DNA from: Alphaproteobacteria bacterium
GTDB lineage: Bacteria; Pseudomonadota; Alphaproteobacteria; Bin95
Assembly (NCBI GenBank): GCA_964291285.2
Contig: OZ219786.1
Span: 448,001-512,000 of the forward strand
Direction: 5' to 3'
DNA length: 64,000 bases
The notes under the pieces are model-generated. The model was not told where the DNA came from, did no database searches, and saw only the letters and a program-made list of their open reading frames with translations. A program made the translations under genes and the position numbers. Below are positions 10,099 through 20,769 of this stretch, piece by piece. How positions within the stretch are numbered: the first letter of the stretch is position 1; each line of letters starts with the position of its first letter.

Positions 10099-11502
10099 AT
10101 GACGGCCCTGTATTGCGATCCGCACGCGCTTGCCGAAATCCTGCGGGAAAGACAGGACGGCTACGAGTTCGCGGCGCGCGGCTCGGTCGCATATTTCAGC
10201 AGGCTGCTCGATTTCGGCGCCTGGCTGACCGGGATCAGGGGCGAGTGTGCGCACGGCGTCTGGATGAAGACGCTGAAAACCGCCGGCTGGTCGTACAGCG
10301 TCTGCAACCGGGCCATGAAGCTGCACCGCTCCGGGGTTTCGGCCACCGAGCTTTCGCTCGAGGGCGGCAAAGCCGTCCTCAAGCGGCTTGCGCGGCCACG
10401 CAAGCCGACGGAGGCCGGGGAGGCCGAATTTGGCGCCGGCGCCAAATTTGACCCGTCCCCGGAGCCATCGCCCGGCGCCGGAAATGCGCCCTTTCCCGAA
10501 GACACCGGAATTGGCAGTTCCGCAAAATTTGCGGGCGCCGCCGCAGGGCGGGATTCAGTGTCTTCCGAACCCGCCGAATTTGGCGCCGGCGCCAAATTTG
10601 ACGAGCCCGCCGAAGCTCCGGCCCAGCCGGTGAAGCGGGCGTGGGACGCCGTCCGCGAGCGCCTGCGGGAGGCGGTCGGCGAGACGGCGTTCGATGCCTG
10701 GCTCGCCGGTCTCGGCATGGAGGCCCGCGGCGCCGGCGTCGTGCTGCTGGCCCCGAGCGCGTTCATCCGGGACCGGGTTCGCCAGGACCATGGCGAGCGC
10801 ATCGCGCGCTTCCTGGAGCAGGAACTTCCGGGCGTCACGCTGGAATACGGCCTCGCCGAGGCAGCCCCCGGACCGGCTCCGGAGCTGCCGCTGCCGGAGG
10901 GCGCCGGTCCCGGCAGCGGGGGCGACATAAACCTGGTCCCGAAACCCGACCTTCTGGACCTGAACAAGGCCGGGGACCGGATGGCCTCCTGCGCATTGTT
11001 CCACGACCTGAGGCCCTCAGAGCGGTTCTTCCTGTCCATCATTGCCTATCGGGACGGGCCGAGGATGAACGGCTGGATCGTGACGAACAACGAGCTGCGG
11101 GCGATCTTCGGCAGGAGCGAGAGTACCATCCAGCGCTGGAGCAAGGCTTGCCAGAGGGCGGGCCTTCTGCGCGTGACCGAGCGCCCGAACCGCCCGAACC
11201 GTTATGAGGCCTTCCCGGACGGGCTGCCCTACAACCGCCAGTACCAGCTGGCTCTGATGCGCGTCATCGACCTGAACCGGGAGCCGTCCGGGCGCGAGGC
11301 GGCCGAAAGCGCCGCCGCCCGCCCGTGGGCGGGTGTCAAATCTGACACCCCCGGGGTGGCAGAGGCGCCTGGCAGGGGTGTCAATGCTGCGACCCCGGAA
11401 GGCAGCGTCCATGACACCCGTAACCGGATGGAAACCGGAGAAGAAACCGCGCCGTCCCGCCGCCCGCCATCGCAAGCGCTGGCGGCGGACCGCCGCCGTT
11501 AG
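10099..11502 (+). CDS. Putative replication initiator (DUF3102-like N-terminus, DnaA N-terminal domain, C-terminal HTH)
   Basis: AWDAVRERLREAVGETAFDAWL..LLAPSAFIRDRV is DnaA_N-like; TNNELRAIFGRSESTIQRW..GLL is HTH; directly upstream of parA/parB. Confidence 0.6.
   Translation: MTALYCDPHALAEILRERQDGYEFAARGSVAYFSRLLDFGAWLTGIRGECAHGVWMKTLKTAGWSYSVCNRAMKLHRSGVSATELSLEGGKAVLKRLARPRKPTEAGEAEFGAGAKFDPSPEPSPGAGNAPFPEDTGIGSSAKFAGAAAGRDSVSSEPAEFGAGAKFDEPAEAPAQPVKRAWDAVRERLREAVGETAFDAWLAGLGMEARGAGVVLLAPSAFIRDRVRQDHGERIARFLEQELPGVTLEYGLAEAAPGPAPELPLPEGAGPGSGGDINLVPKPDLLDLNKAGDRMASCALFHDLRPSERFFLSIIAYRDGPRMNGWIVTNNELRAIFGRSESTIQRWSKACQRAGLLRVTERPNRPNRYEAFPDGLPYNRQYQLALMRVIDLNREPSGREAAESAAARPWAGVKSDTPGVAEAPGRGVNAATPEGSVHDTRNRMETGEETAPSRRPPSQALAADRRR
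10423..10602. repeat. Two 30-bp direct repeats, each containing the perfect 22-bp palindrome AATTTGGCGCCGGCGCCAAATT
   Basis: Copies at 10423-10452 and 10573-10602, 150 bp apart, inside the initiator-like gene. Confidence 0.9.
11331..11420. promoter_or_regulatory. Iteron-like GGGTGTCA/TGACACCC motifs, candidate intragenic origin or operator
   Basis: GGGTGTCA-aatc-TGACACCC at 11331-11350, GGGGTGTCA at 11375, TGACACCC at 11412. Confidence 0.45.
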
Positions 11503-11516
11503 GAGGGAGCACTCCC

Positions 11517-12194
11517 ATGCATGACCGATCGCAGTCCGCTGCGCTTCCAGCGCCCCGCATCCTCGCCTTCGTGAGCCAGAAGGGCGGGGCCGGGAAGACG
11601 ACGCTGGCGCTCAACGTCGCGGCCCATGCCGTCCGGGCCGGCCGCCGGGTCACCGTCCTCGACTGCGACCCCAACTGCTCGGCCGTCGTGTGGGGCGATC
11701 TCCGCACCGACCCGGCGCCCGAGATCCGCTATTGCCCGTATCTCCGCCTCGACCGGGAGATCGGGCGGGCCCTGGCGAAGGGCTCCGACCTGATCCTGAT
11801 CGACACCCCGATGGGGGCCGATGGCGGTCCTGTGGCCGGCGCGCGGCATGCGGACCTCGTGGTCGTGCCCTGCCGGCAGTCGCTGTTCGACCTCGCCGCG
11901 ATCCGCGCGAGCCTCGATGTCGCCGCGCTGGCCGGGACGCCGGCCGTCGCGGTGCTGAACGCGGTTCCGACACGGGCCGCGCACTGGGAGACCGAGGCCA
12001 GGGACCTGCTCTCCCGACAGGGGGTGCAGATGCTGTCTGCCGCGGTGCGCAACCGCGTCGCCTTCGTGCGGTCCACCCGGGCCGGGCTGGGCGTGGTGGA
12101 GTGCGATCCGCACGGGGCGGCGGCGGCCGAGATCGGCGCGGCGGCAGACGCGCTGCTGGCCTGGCCGGTGCGCGCGCTGAGGGCAGTCGCATGA
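11517..12194 (+). CDS. parA: ParA-family partition ATPase
   Basis: SQKGGAGKTT deviant Walker A, LDCDPN, ILIDTP. Confidence 0.92.
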   Translation: MHDRSQSAALPAPRILAFVSQKGGAGKTTLALNVAAHAVRAGRRVTVLDCDPNCSAVVWGDLRTDPAPEIRYCPYLRLDREIGRALAKGSDLILIDTPMGADGGPVAGARHADLVVVPCRQSLFDLAAIRASLDVAALAGTPAVAVLNAVPTRAAHWETEARDLLSRQGVQMLSAAVRNRVAFVRSTRAGLGVVECDPHGAAAAEIGAAADALLAWPVRALRAVA

Positions 12195-13264
12195 GCCGGG
12201 CCCCGAAGAACGGCGGCGGGGCGTTCATCGAGCGCATCGAGGACTGGCGCCGCCGCAATCCCGCCGCAGCGGCCGGAGCTTCCCGCCTCGATCCGTCGAC
12301 GGCGCGCCAGCGGAGCACCTGGCCGATCAGCCTCGACCAGATCCACATCGGCCCCCGTCTGCGCGAGGTGGACGATGAAGCGGTCGAACGCCTCGCGGAG
12401 TCGATGGACCGGATCGGGCTCCAGAACCCGATCCAGGTCCGCCACAATTTCGGCATCGACCCCGATACCGGCGAATACGAGCGCGGCCTGGACCGGGGAG
12501 GCTTCGCCCTCGTTGCCGGCGCCCACCGTATGGAGGCGGCCCGGCGTCTCGGATGGGGCCGGATCGAAGCCCTCGTGCTCGACGATCCGAGCCCGGAGGT
12601 TCTCGCCCTGGTGGAGGTCGACGAGAACCTGATCCGATCGGAACTCACGCCGCTGCACCGCGGCCGCTTCGCCGCAAGACGCAAGGAGCTTCATAGAAGA
12701 CTGCACCCTGGCGCTGACAGAGGCGGTGACCATAAGAGCCTGGAATATCAGAATAAAATCAAAGTCCGATTATCAGACTTCGATAATTCCCCCGAGCGCG
12801 GGTTTCTTGAGGACACAGCCGAAGCGACCGGTCTGGCAAGAAGCACGATCGCGAGAGCGGTCCGCATAGGAGAGGGCATCTTGCCCGAACTGCAGGACGA
12901 GCTGGAAGGCACCCCGATCGCGCGCCGGGAAGGGGACCTCTACCGGATCGCGGGCCTTTCGGAAGGCCGGCAGCGTCACGCCCTTGAGCGCCTTCGGGAA
13001 GCCGGTGAGCCTCCCGAAACCCTCGCCGCGCTGCTGCAGAAGACGGACGCGCCGCCTGCGCCCCCGAAGGAGCCGACGCGCACGCAGCAGTTCGGCCGCC
13101 TGGAAAGCGCCTGGTCGCAGATCGCGCCGCACGACCGGGTCACGGCGCTCCACCGCCTCTGCCTGCTGGTCGACCGACGGCAGCGCGACGAGCTCGCCGA
13201 GGCCCTGCGCGGGCTGCTGATCGCGGACAGGAGTCACGCGGCCTGCCCCGAGGCCGGGCGATGA
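12191..13264 (+). CDS. parB: ParB N-terminal domain partition protein
   Basis: LAESMDRIGLQNPI, LVAGAHRMEAA, EVDENLIRSEL, HTH TAEATGLARSTIAR; ATGA overlap with parA. Confidence 0.85.
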   Translation: MSRAPKNGGGAFIERIEDWRRRNPAAAAGASRLDPSTARQRSTWPISLDQIHIGPRLREVDDEAVERLAESMDRIGLQNPIQVRHNFGIDPDTGEYERGLDRGGFALVAGAHRMEAARRLGWGRIEALVLDDPSPEVLALVEVDENLIRSELTPLHRGRFAARRKELHRRLHPGADRGGDHKSLEYQNKIKVRLSDFDNSPERGFLEDTAEATGLARSTIARAVRIGEGILPELQDELEGTPIARREGDLYRIAGLSEGRQRHALERLREAGEPPETLAALLQKTDAPPAPPKEPTRTQQFGRLESAWSQIAPHDRVTALHRLCLLVDRRQRDELAEALRGLLIADRSHAACPEAGR

Positions 13265-13533
13265 GCGACCTGGCCGAAACCGTGCGCCGCATTGCGCGGC
13301 GCGAACGCCGGCCGGCCTCCGGAGCGGAGCAGAGGCATTACCTGGAGAGGATTGCCGTCGATCCCCGAAGCCGGTGGCTGGCCGTCAGGAAGATTCCGGA
13401 GGCGCCCCGGTTCATGGTTGTACTCCGCCTGCACGGCGCCTTCGGCCAGCCAACGGAAGCCGGCCCGGCAGGAGGCCGGCGGTGCAGGCGCCCGGCAAAG
13501 ACCGCCGGCGAGCCGCGAGGGGAACCGACATGA
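13261..13533 (+). CDS. Hypothetical protein
   Basis: ATGA-coupled to both neighbours. Confidence 0.45.
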   Translation: MSDLAETVRRIARRERRPASGAEQRHYLERIAVDPRSRWLAVRKIPEAPRFMVVLRLHGAFGQPTEAGPAGGRRCRRPAKTAGEPRGEPT

Positions 13534-14042
13534 AGAAGATGCGGACGAGACCGGGGGCGGGCCGGTCGAAAGGTGGCCACCGCACTGTCTGCGCCACCGG
13601 CGAGGACTGGGAAATGGTCCGGGACGGCGCGCGCCGCGCCGGCATGTCGGTATCGGCCTGGTGGTTCGAATGCGCGCTGAACGTGGACCTGTCGGCGAAG
13701 GGCGGCAAGGCGCGGGCGCCGGTCCTGGACGCCGGGCGGCAACACAGCCTCGCGGATGGCGTGTCGGCACTGGCGCGCGGTCTCGATGCTGCCGACGAGG
13801 AGGCGCTGGCGCAGTACCGGGACGACATCCGCGCGATGCTGGAGGAACCGCTCAGGGCGATGGTCCGCCAGGGCAAGCGCGAAAGGGCGATGGAACTGCT
13901 GCGGGAAGTATTCGGCGAGGAGCGTGCGGCGGCGATCGCGGCCGCATTCATACCCGAAACCCTGACAATGGCGGACAAGCCCGCCGAGTGCCCCGCAAGG
14001 ACCGCGGACGCCGGCCGCCCCGGGTTCGGAGAGGACGCATGA
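13530..14042 (+). CDS. RHH/MobC-like protein (paralogue family)
   Basis: RTVCATGEDWEMVRDGARRAGMSVSAW..ECALNVD..PVLDAGRQ..EVFGEERAAAIAAAFIPE. Confidence 0.6.
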   Translation: MKKMRTRPGAGRSKGGHRTVCATGEDWEMVRDGARRAGMSVSAWWFECALNVDLSAKGGKARAPVLDAGRQHSLADGVSALARGLDAADEEALAQYRDDIRAMLEEPLRAMVRQGKRERAMELLREVFGEERAAAIAAAFIPETLTMADKPAECPARTADAGRPGFGEDA

Positions 14043-14533
14043 AGAAACCGCACAACCGCCAGCCCGGCATGAACCGCACGGTCTCCATGACCGGGGAGGA
14101 ATGGGCGCAGATCAAGGCCTGGGCCGCCGAACGGGGCATGTCGGCCGCCCGGTTCCTTCGGGAATGCGCGCTGACCGTGGACCCGTTTGCGGAGACGGCT
14201 TCTGCCCGGCCGCTGGTGCTGGATGCGGGGGAGCAGCGCGGCCTCTCCCTTGCCCTGGCGTCTGCCGCCCGCGACATGGGTTCCGGCGCGGAAGCGCCGT
14301 CGGACCTCGCTGACAGCATGCGCGCCCTGCTGGAGGCAAGGCTCAGGGCGATGGTCCGGGAGGGCAAGCGCGAGCGGGCGGTCGACCTCCTTCGGGAGGT
14401 GCTCGGAGAAGAGCGCGGGGCAGTGGTCGCGGCCGCGTTGATCCCCGAAACCCCGGCAATGGCGGATATGCCGGCCGCGAGCTCCGCCGGAACCGCGGGC
14501 GCCGGAGGCCCCGACCCGGAGAAGCCGGCATGA
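14039..14533 (+). CDS. RHH/MobC-like protein (paralogue family)
   Basis: MNRTVSMTGEEWAQIKAWAAERGMSAARFLRECALTVD..RPLVLDAGEQ. Confidence 0.6.
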   Translation: MKKPHNRQPGMNRTVSMTGEEWAQIKAWAAERGMSAARFLRECALTVDPFAETASARPLVLDAGEQRGLSLALASAARDMGSGAEAPSDLADSMRALLEARLRAMVREGKRERAVDLLREVLGEERGAVVAAALIPETPAMADMPAASSAGTAGAGGPDPEKPA

Positions 14534-14698
14534 CCCGGTATGCCACGCCGTCCAGGGAGCCCCCGCCGGACCTGCTCGTGCTCATCGACGCAGTCGCCTT
14601 TACCGCCTACCCGGCTCTCGTCGCCATGTTTATCGTCACGGTCCTGACGGCCGCGCTCATCCGCCGGAGCCGCCAGCCTCGAACCCGGTCGTGGCCCC

Positions 14699-14706
<8 letters not shown>
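14530..14706 (+). CDS. Small single-pass membrane protein (58 aa), absent from ORF track
   Basis: MTRYATPSREPPPDLLVLIDAVAFTAYPALVAMFIVTVLTAALIRRSR; overlaps both neighbours. Confidence 0.45.
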
Positions 14707-15991
<1,285 letters not shown>

Positions 15992-16057
15992 GGTCCTGAA
16001 TGACCCGGCTCTGGCTCCTGCTGCCGCCCCCCACTGACCCAAGGAGGCCTGTCCCAC

Positions 16058-16237
16058 ATGATCATACTGCCGGAGGACCCCCGATGCCCGAACTGCGACG
16101 CGCAGACCTGGAGCCGGATCGAGCCCCGGGCCAGGGAATACCAGGGCTGTGGATACATCCAGCGGCTCCTGACCGACAGGGAGCACTGGCTGCGCGAGCA
16201 GGCCGAAATCGACGCCGGGATCGCAAGCGGCGCCTGA
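16058..16237 (+). CDS. Small CxxC protein (59 aa), absent from ORF track
   Basis: AAGGAGG RBS at 16041; MIILPEDPRCPNCDAQTW..YQGCGY. Confidence 0.45.
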   Translation: MIILPEDPRCPNCDAQTWSRIEPRAREYQGCGYIQRLLTDREHWLREQAEIDAGIASGA

Positions 16238-16335
16238 CCGGAACCTCGATCGACCGGAGACAATGATGACCGACACCCGTATCCCGTTACCCGCAACGTC
16301 CGGGCCCGGGCACGCGGGCGAGGGGTAGGCGATCG

Positions 16336-16614
16336 ATGTCCAGGATCGTTTTCGGGCGCGTCTTCACGCAGCCGGACGCATTCCATTCGGCCAGCGATCG
16401 CCGGACCGTTGCCGTCGCGCATGAATGGCACAGTGCCGCGAAGGGCCGGCGTCGCGACGTTCTGGGCGAGCTCGTGAAGATCGGCCGCGGTTCCGCTGTC
16501 TGGGAGCCCTGCAAGGTGCTGCGCGCCCATCTCCCGAAAGGCGCGAAGGACATGTATCGCGCCGATCTCCGCGCCGCGAAGGCGCGCATCAGGGAGCTGC
16601 TGACGAATGGCTGA
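16336..16614 (+). CDS. Hypothetical protein
   Basis: Protein-like composition, co-oriented with the operon. Confidence 0.4.
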   Translation: MSRIVFGRVFTQPDAFHSASDRRTVAVAHEWHSAAKGRRRDVLGELVKIGRGSAVWEPCKVLRAHLPKGAKDMYRADLRAAKARIRELLTNG

Positions 16615-16681
16615 CAAACGACAGGCCCTATCCGAACGCGCTCGTCAAAGCGCGGCGCCTCTCCAGGAGTTAACCACCCCG

Positions 16682-17389
16682 ATGCCATGCCTTTTCCGAC
16701 GCCTCGCCTCCGTTCTCGCCGCAGCCGCGCTGCTTGCCTTCGCCCTGCCGGCTGAAGCCGAAACCCTCACCGGCAAGGCCCGGGTCGTGGACGGCGACAC
16801 GCTTGCCGTGCAGGGCCGGCGTGTGCGCCTTCACGGGATCGACGCGCCGGAGGCCCGCCAGACCTGCTCGCGCGGCGGGCGCCGATGGGCCTGCGGGCGG
16901 GCGGCGACGCGGGCGATGCGCAGGCTCGTCGGGCGGAACCCGGTCCGCTGCGAGGTCCGGGACCGCGACCGCTACGGGCGCGCGGTCGCGGCCTGCTTCG
17001 CGGCCGGGCGGGACGTGCAGCAGGACCTCGTGCGCCAGGGCCTGGCGCTGGCATACCGGCGCTGGTCGATGCGGTATGTCCCGGACGAGGACGCGGCCCG
17101 CGCCGGGCGGCTCGGCCTGTGGTCCGGCGACTTCACCACGCCCTGGCGCTGGCGCAGGCAGGACCGGAACCGCCGGGCGGAGATACACCGGCGGCACGGG
17201 GCCGGCCCTCCCCCGCAGACGGGTTCCTCCTGCCTCATCAAGGGCAACATCTCGCGGCACGGGCGCATCTACCATGTGCCCGGGGCCGAGCATTACGACC
17301 GGACCCGCATAAACACCTCGAAGGGCGAGCGCTGGTTCTGCAGCGAGGCGGACGCCCGGGCCGCCGGATGGCGCCGGGCGCGGCGATGA
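16682..17389 (+). CDS. Secreted thermonuclease (SNase family)
   Basis: Signal peptide ..LPAEA, VVDGDT, RLHGIDAPE, DRYGR, and C-terminal CLIKGNIS..IYHVPG..GERWFCSEADARAAGWR. Confidence 0.88.
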   Translation: MPCLFRRLASVLAAAALLAFALPAEAETLTGKARVVDGDTLAVQGRRVRLHGIDAPEARQTCSRGGRRWACGRAATRAMRRLVGRNPVRCEVRDRDRYGRAVAACFAAGRDVQQDLVRQGLALAYRRWSMRYVPDEDAARAGRLGLWSGDFTTPWRWRRQDRNRRAEIHRRHGAGPPPQTGSSCLIKGNISRHGRIYHVPGAEHYDRTRINTSKGERWFCSEADARAAGWRRARR

Positions 17390-17493
17390 CGGCGACCGGC
17401 CGGTTGTCCGCCGGGAGCGGAAGCCGTCCCGGTTGCGGCGGCGGGGCGCCCGTTGCCAGAGTGTGCGGCCATCCGACACCCGAAGGACCGGCC

Positions 17494-19077
17494 ATGAACG
17501 GACCGTCCGGCGCCATCGCGCGCTTCGCGATCTATGCGCGCTACTCCTCGCCCCTGCAGGAGATGACCTCGATCGCGGGCCAGCTGCGCCTGTGCCGCGA
17601 CCGCGTCGCCGCACTTGGCGGCGTGATCGCGGGGGAATACACCGATCCGGAACTCACCGGCGCGGCCATGCAGCTGCGCCCGGGGCTTCGCCGTCTGCTC
17701 GACGACGCCCGGGCGCGCCGGTTCGACGGCGTCTGCGTCGAGGGTCTGGACCGGCTCGCCAGGAGCACCGCCGACATGGCGTGGCTCTACCGCGAACTGC
17801 GGTTTCTGGGGATCAATCTGTACAGCCTGGAGGACGGTCGGGTCGACTCCCTCCATGCGCACATCAAGGGGGTTGTGAGCGAGATGGTCATCGACAATAT
17901 CGGCGCCAAGACGCGCCGGGGGCAGATCGAAGCCCTCCACGACCTGCGAATGATCGGCTCCTGCATATACGGCTACAGGATAGCCAACTACATCTCCGAG
18001 AGCGGCAAGCCCGTCCGGGGCCAGCGCACGATCGACCCCGACGAGGCCGGGACGGTCCGGCGCATCTACCGGCTCTATCTCGACGGCATGAGCCCGCAGC
18101 AGATTGCCGTGCTGCTCAACCGGGAAGGCGTGGCCGGGCCCGGCGGCAAGCCCTGGACCGCTGGCGCCGTGCGCGGCCGGGAAGGAAGCGGCGTGCTGCG
18201 CAACGACATATACTGCGGGCGGCTTGTCTACGGGCGCACCCGCAGCCGGCGTCACCCGGGCACCGGGCGGCGCCATTTCGTTGCCGTCCCCCGCGAGGAA
18301 TGGACCGTCGTGGAAGCCCCCGAACTGCGAATCGTGGACGACACGGCCTGGCAGGCCGTCCAGGACGAGGTCGGGCGCCGCAGGAACCGCCACCACACCG
18401 TGGTGACCCGCTACCGCAAGGCGGCCTATCCGCTGACGGCGCGGGTCCGCTGCGGCGTTTGCGGCGAGCGCATGACGATCGCCGGGATGGGCTACTACCG
18501 CTGCCTCGCCCGCCGGCGCGACCCGGACAGCTGCACCAACAACCGCGGGATCCGGCTGGACATGCTGGAAGACCTTGGCGTGCGGCGGCTCTTCGCCTGG
18601 ATGCTGTCGCGCGAGCGCGACTGGCGCGGCCTGTTCGCCGCCGCCGAACGCGGGACCGCGGTCCGGCGCGAGGAACTCCGGGAGAGGGCCGGGGCCGCCG
18701 GCGCCGGGATCTCCCGCCTGGTTGCCGCGATCGAGAGCGGCATCCCCTCGACGGGCATCGGCGAGCGCCTGCTGGCCCTCGAGCGCGCGCGCAACGAGGC
18801 GCTTGCCGAACTGGAGCGGCTGCCGGGACCGCCGCCGCCCGCGGGCTTCAGCGTGGAGAAGTTCATGCGCGACCGGGTCGCCGGGCTCCGGCGCGCCGTC
18901 GCGGGCGGCGCGCGGGCCGGGCGGCGCGAGCAGGCCCTGCTCGCCATCCGGGACCTGGTCGCCCGGATCGAGGTCCGCCCGTCAAAGGGCCGCGGACGCG
19001 TCGAGGTGGAGACGGTTCCCGACATTGCGGCGATCCTCGAGCTGATCTCGCGCCATGCCGCAGACGAGGGCGCATGA
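17494..19077 (+). CDS. Large serine recombinase (integrase-like)
   Basis: IYARYSS catalytic Ser motif, RPGL, LDRLARS, YGYR, recombinase domain, CGVCG..YYRC..C zinc ribbon, coiled coil. Confidence 0.9.
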   Translation: MNGPSGAIARFAIYARYSSPLQEMTSIAGQLRLCRDRVAALGGVIAGEYTDPELTGAAMQLRPGLRRLLDDARARRFDGVCVEGLDRLARSTADMAWLYRELRFLGINLYSLEDGRVDSLHAHIKGVVSEMVIDNIGAKTRRGQIEALHDLRMIGSCIYGYRIANYISESGKPVRGQRTIDPDEAGTVRRIYRLYLDGMSPQQIAVLLNREGVAGPGGKPWTAGAVRGREGSGVLRNDIYCGRLVYGRTRSRRHPGTGRRHFVAVPREEWTVVEAPELRIVDDTAWQAVQDEVGRRRNRHHTVVTRYRKAAYPLTARVRCGVCGERMTIAGMGYYRCLARRRDPDSCTNNRGIRLDMLEDLGVRRLFAWMLSRERDWRGLFAAAERGTAVRREELRERAGAAGAGISRLVAAIESGIPSTGIGERLLALERARNEALAELERLPGPPPPAGFSVEKFMRDRVAGLRRAVAGGARAGRREQALLAIRDLVARIEVRPSKGRGRVEVETVPDIAAILELISRHAADEGA

Positions 19078-19156
19078 ACGCCGCAGACAAGGAAAGCCCG
19101 GCCCCTGTGCCGGCCCCGACCGGCCGGCGTCTCAACTTCGCAGGAGGAACACGCGC

Positions 19157-19519
19157 ATGTCCAACGTCATCGACTTCGAGGGCTACTGCCGGGACTGGCA
19201 CGCCTGGGAGGATCCGGACGAGGACTTCCACGAGTACGACTACGAGCCGCTGCCCGATCCGGGCCCGGCTTTCGAGCCTCGCCCGCGGACCTGTGACCTC
19301 CAGAAGCTCTCCGAGTTGACCGCCAGGCTCGGGCGGGAGTCCGGCTTCAACCTCGGCATCGACGAGACCGCGCTCGAGGCGGCGTTCCATTTCGCGAAGG
19401 AGCAGGCCGGGCGCATGGAAATCCCGCTGTTGGCCGCGCTCGAGATCGCGGCCTGGGCGGTGCTCAACTACGAGCGCGGGCGCCGCGATCCGGAACTCTG
19501 CAGGATCCGTCCGTTCTGA
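19157..19519 (+). CDS. Hypothetical protein with acidic N-terminus
   Basis: AGGAGG RBS; MSNVIDFEGYCRDWHAWEDPDEDFHEYDYE. Confidence 0.55.
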   Translation: MSNVIDFEGYCRDWHAWEDPDEDFHEYDYEPLPDPGPAFEPRPRTCDLQKLSELTARLGRESGFNLGIDETALEAAFHFAKEQAGRMEIPLLAALEIAAWAVLNYERGRRDPELCRIRPF

Positions 19520-19583
19520 GCGCCGCGCGCAAGGCCGTCCCGGCGACAGCGCCGGGACGGCCGGGGAAAGGGGAGGCCGCGCC

Positions 19584-20600
19584 TTGCCCTCCGATCCGAC
19601 AACCCACAGCCTGAAGGAACTGTCCGCCCTGCTCGCGGCCGATATCGAGGCGGTCTGCCGCCACTACCTTCCGAACGGCAGGCGCAACGGCAACTTCTGG
19701 CAGGTGGGCAGCACGGCCGGCGAGGAGGGCGCCTCGCTGCGGGTGAACCTCGCCGGACGCTGGCGCGGCTACTGGAGGGACTGGGCGAGCCCGAAGGACC
19801 GGGGCAGCCCGCTGGACCTGATCCGCGCCGTCCGCAGCCTCGCCACGATCGGCGAGGCGGCCGACGAGGCGCGCCGCTTCCTCGCCCTGCCGGAGTATGA
19901 GCGCCCCCGCCGGCAGGACGGCGCGCCGCCGGAGAGGCAGAGGGGACTCGAACGGGTTCTCGAGGGCGCGGCGCCGGTCCGGCCCGACGATCCGGCCGGG
20001 CGCTATCTGGCCTCCCGCGGCCTGGCCCCGGAGGCCGCCCATGCCGCAGGCCTCCGGTTCCGCCCCGATGTCTGGGTGCAGGTGGACGGCGGGAAGCGCG
20101 AGCTGCCGGCCCTGCTCGCGCCGGTCCGCGCCCTTGACGGCACGCTGGAGGGCCTGCAGCGAATATTCCTGACCGGCGAGGGGCGCAAGGCCCCGATCGA
20201 GGGGCCGAAGCGCACCAGCGGGCGCCTATCTACGGGCGCCGTCTGGTGGCCGGCGGACGACGCGCGCCGCCTGGTGCTGACCGAGGGCGTCGAGGACGCG
20301 CTCGCCATGGCGGGGGCGCTCGGCGCGGGCGGGCGCCGGGATATCGCCGTTGCCGCCGCGCTCTCCGCCGGGCGCGTCCACCGCGTCGGCCTGCCCGCGG
20401 GCGTCCGGCGCGCGACCCTCGTCCAGGACCGCGACCCGGCGGGCGAGAGCGCCTGGGTCGCGCTCTGCCGGGAGCATGCCGGTTCCGCCATGCTGCTCGA
20501 CCGGATCGTCCCCCGCGCGAAGGACGCCAATGACGAGCTGCTGGCGCTCGGGCCCGCCCGGTTCCGCGCCTGGCTCGCGGCCAGCGGACTGTTCGACTGA
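19584..20600 (+). CDS. Toprim-domain plasmid primase-like protein, copy 1
   Basis: EAVCRHYLPNGRR, WRDWA, RYLASRGL, LPALLAPV, LTEGVEDAL, QDRD, KDAND. Confidence 0.8.
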   Translation: MPSDPTTHSLKELSALLAADIEAVCRHYLPNGRRNGNFWQVGSTAGEEGASLRVNLAGRWRGYWRDWASPKDRGSPLDLIRAVRSLATIGEAADEARRFLALPEYERPRRQDGAPPERQRGLERVLEGAAPVRPDDPAGRYLASRGLAPEAAHAAGLRFRPDVWVQVDGGKRELPALLAPVRALDGTLEGLQRIFLTGEGRKAPIEGPKRTSGRLSTGAVWWPADDARRLVLTEGVEDALAMAGALGAGGRRDIAVAAALSAGRVHRVGLPAGVRRATLVQDRDPAGESAWVALCREHAGSAMLLDRIVPRAKDANDELLALGPARFRAWLAASGLFD

Positions 20601-20769
20601 CAGGCGGGCGGCAGCGCCGCGGCCGCGAAGTCCGGAGCCTCCCCGCCGGCGCGTCGGTTCCCGGTCCGGCGCCGGAAGGTCGGGAAGGGGTTGGTCGGGG
20701 TATCGATGCGCGCGGCTTGCCTTCGGCGCGTTCCGATCCCATACTCCCCGACAGACAGGAGACGAGGCC

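Noticed and set aside
9353-10192. 280-aa N-terminal extension of the transposase
   Set aside because: Extends beyond the IS end; family similarity starts at FVRE
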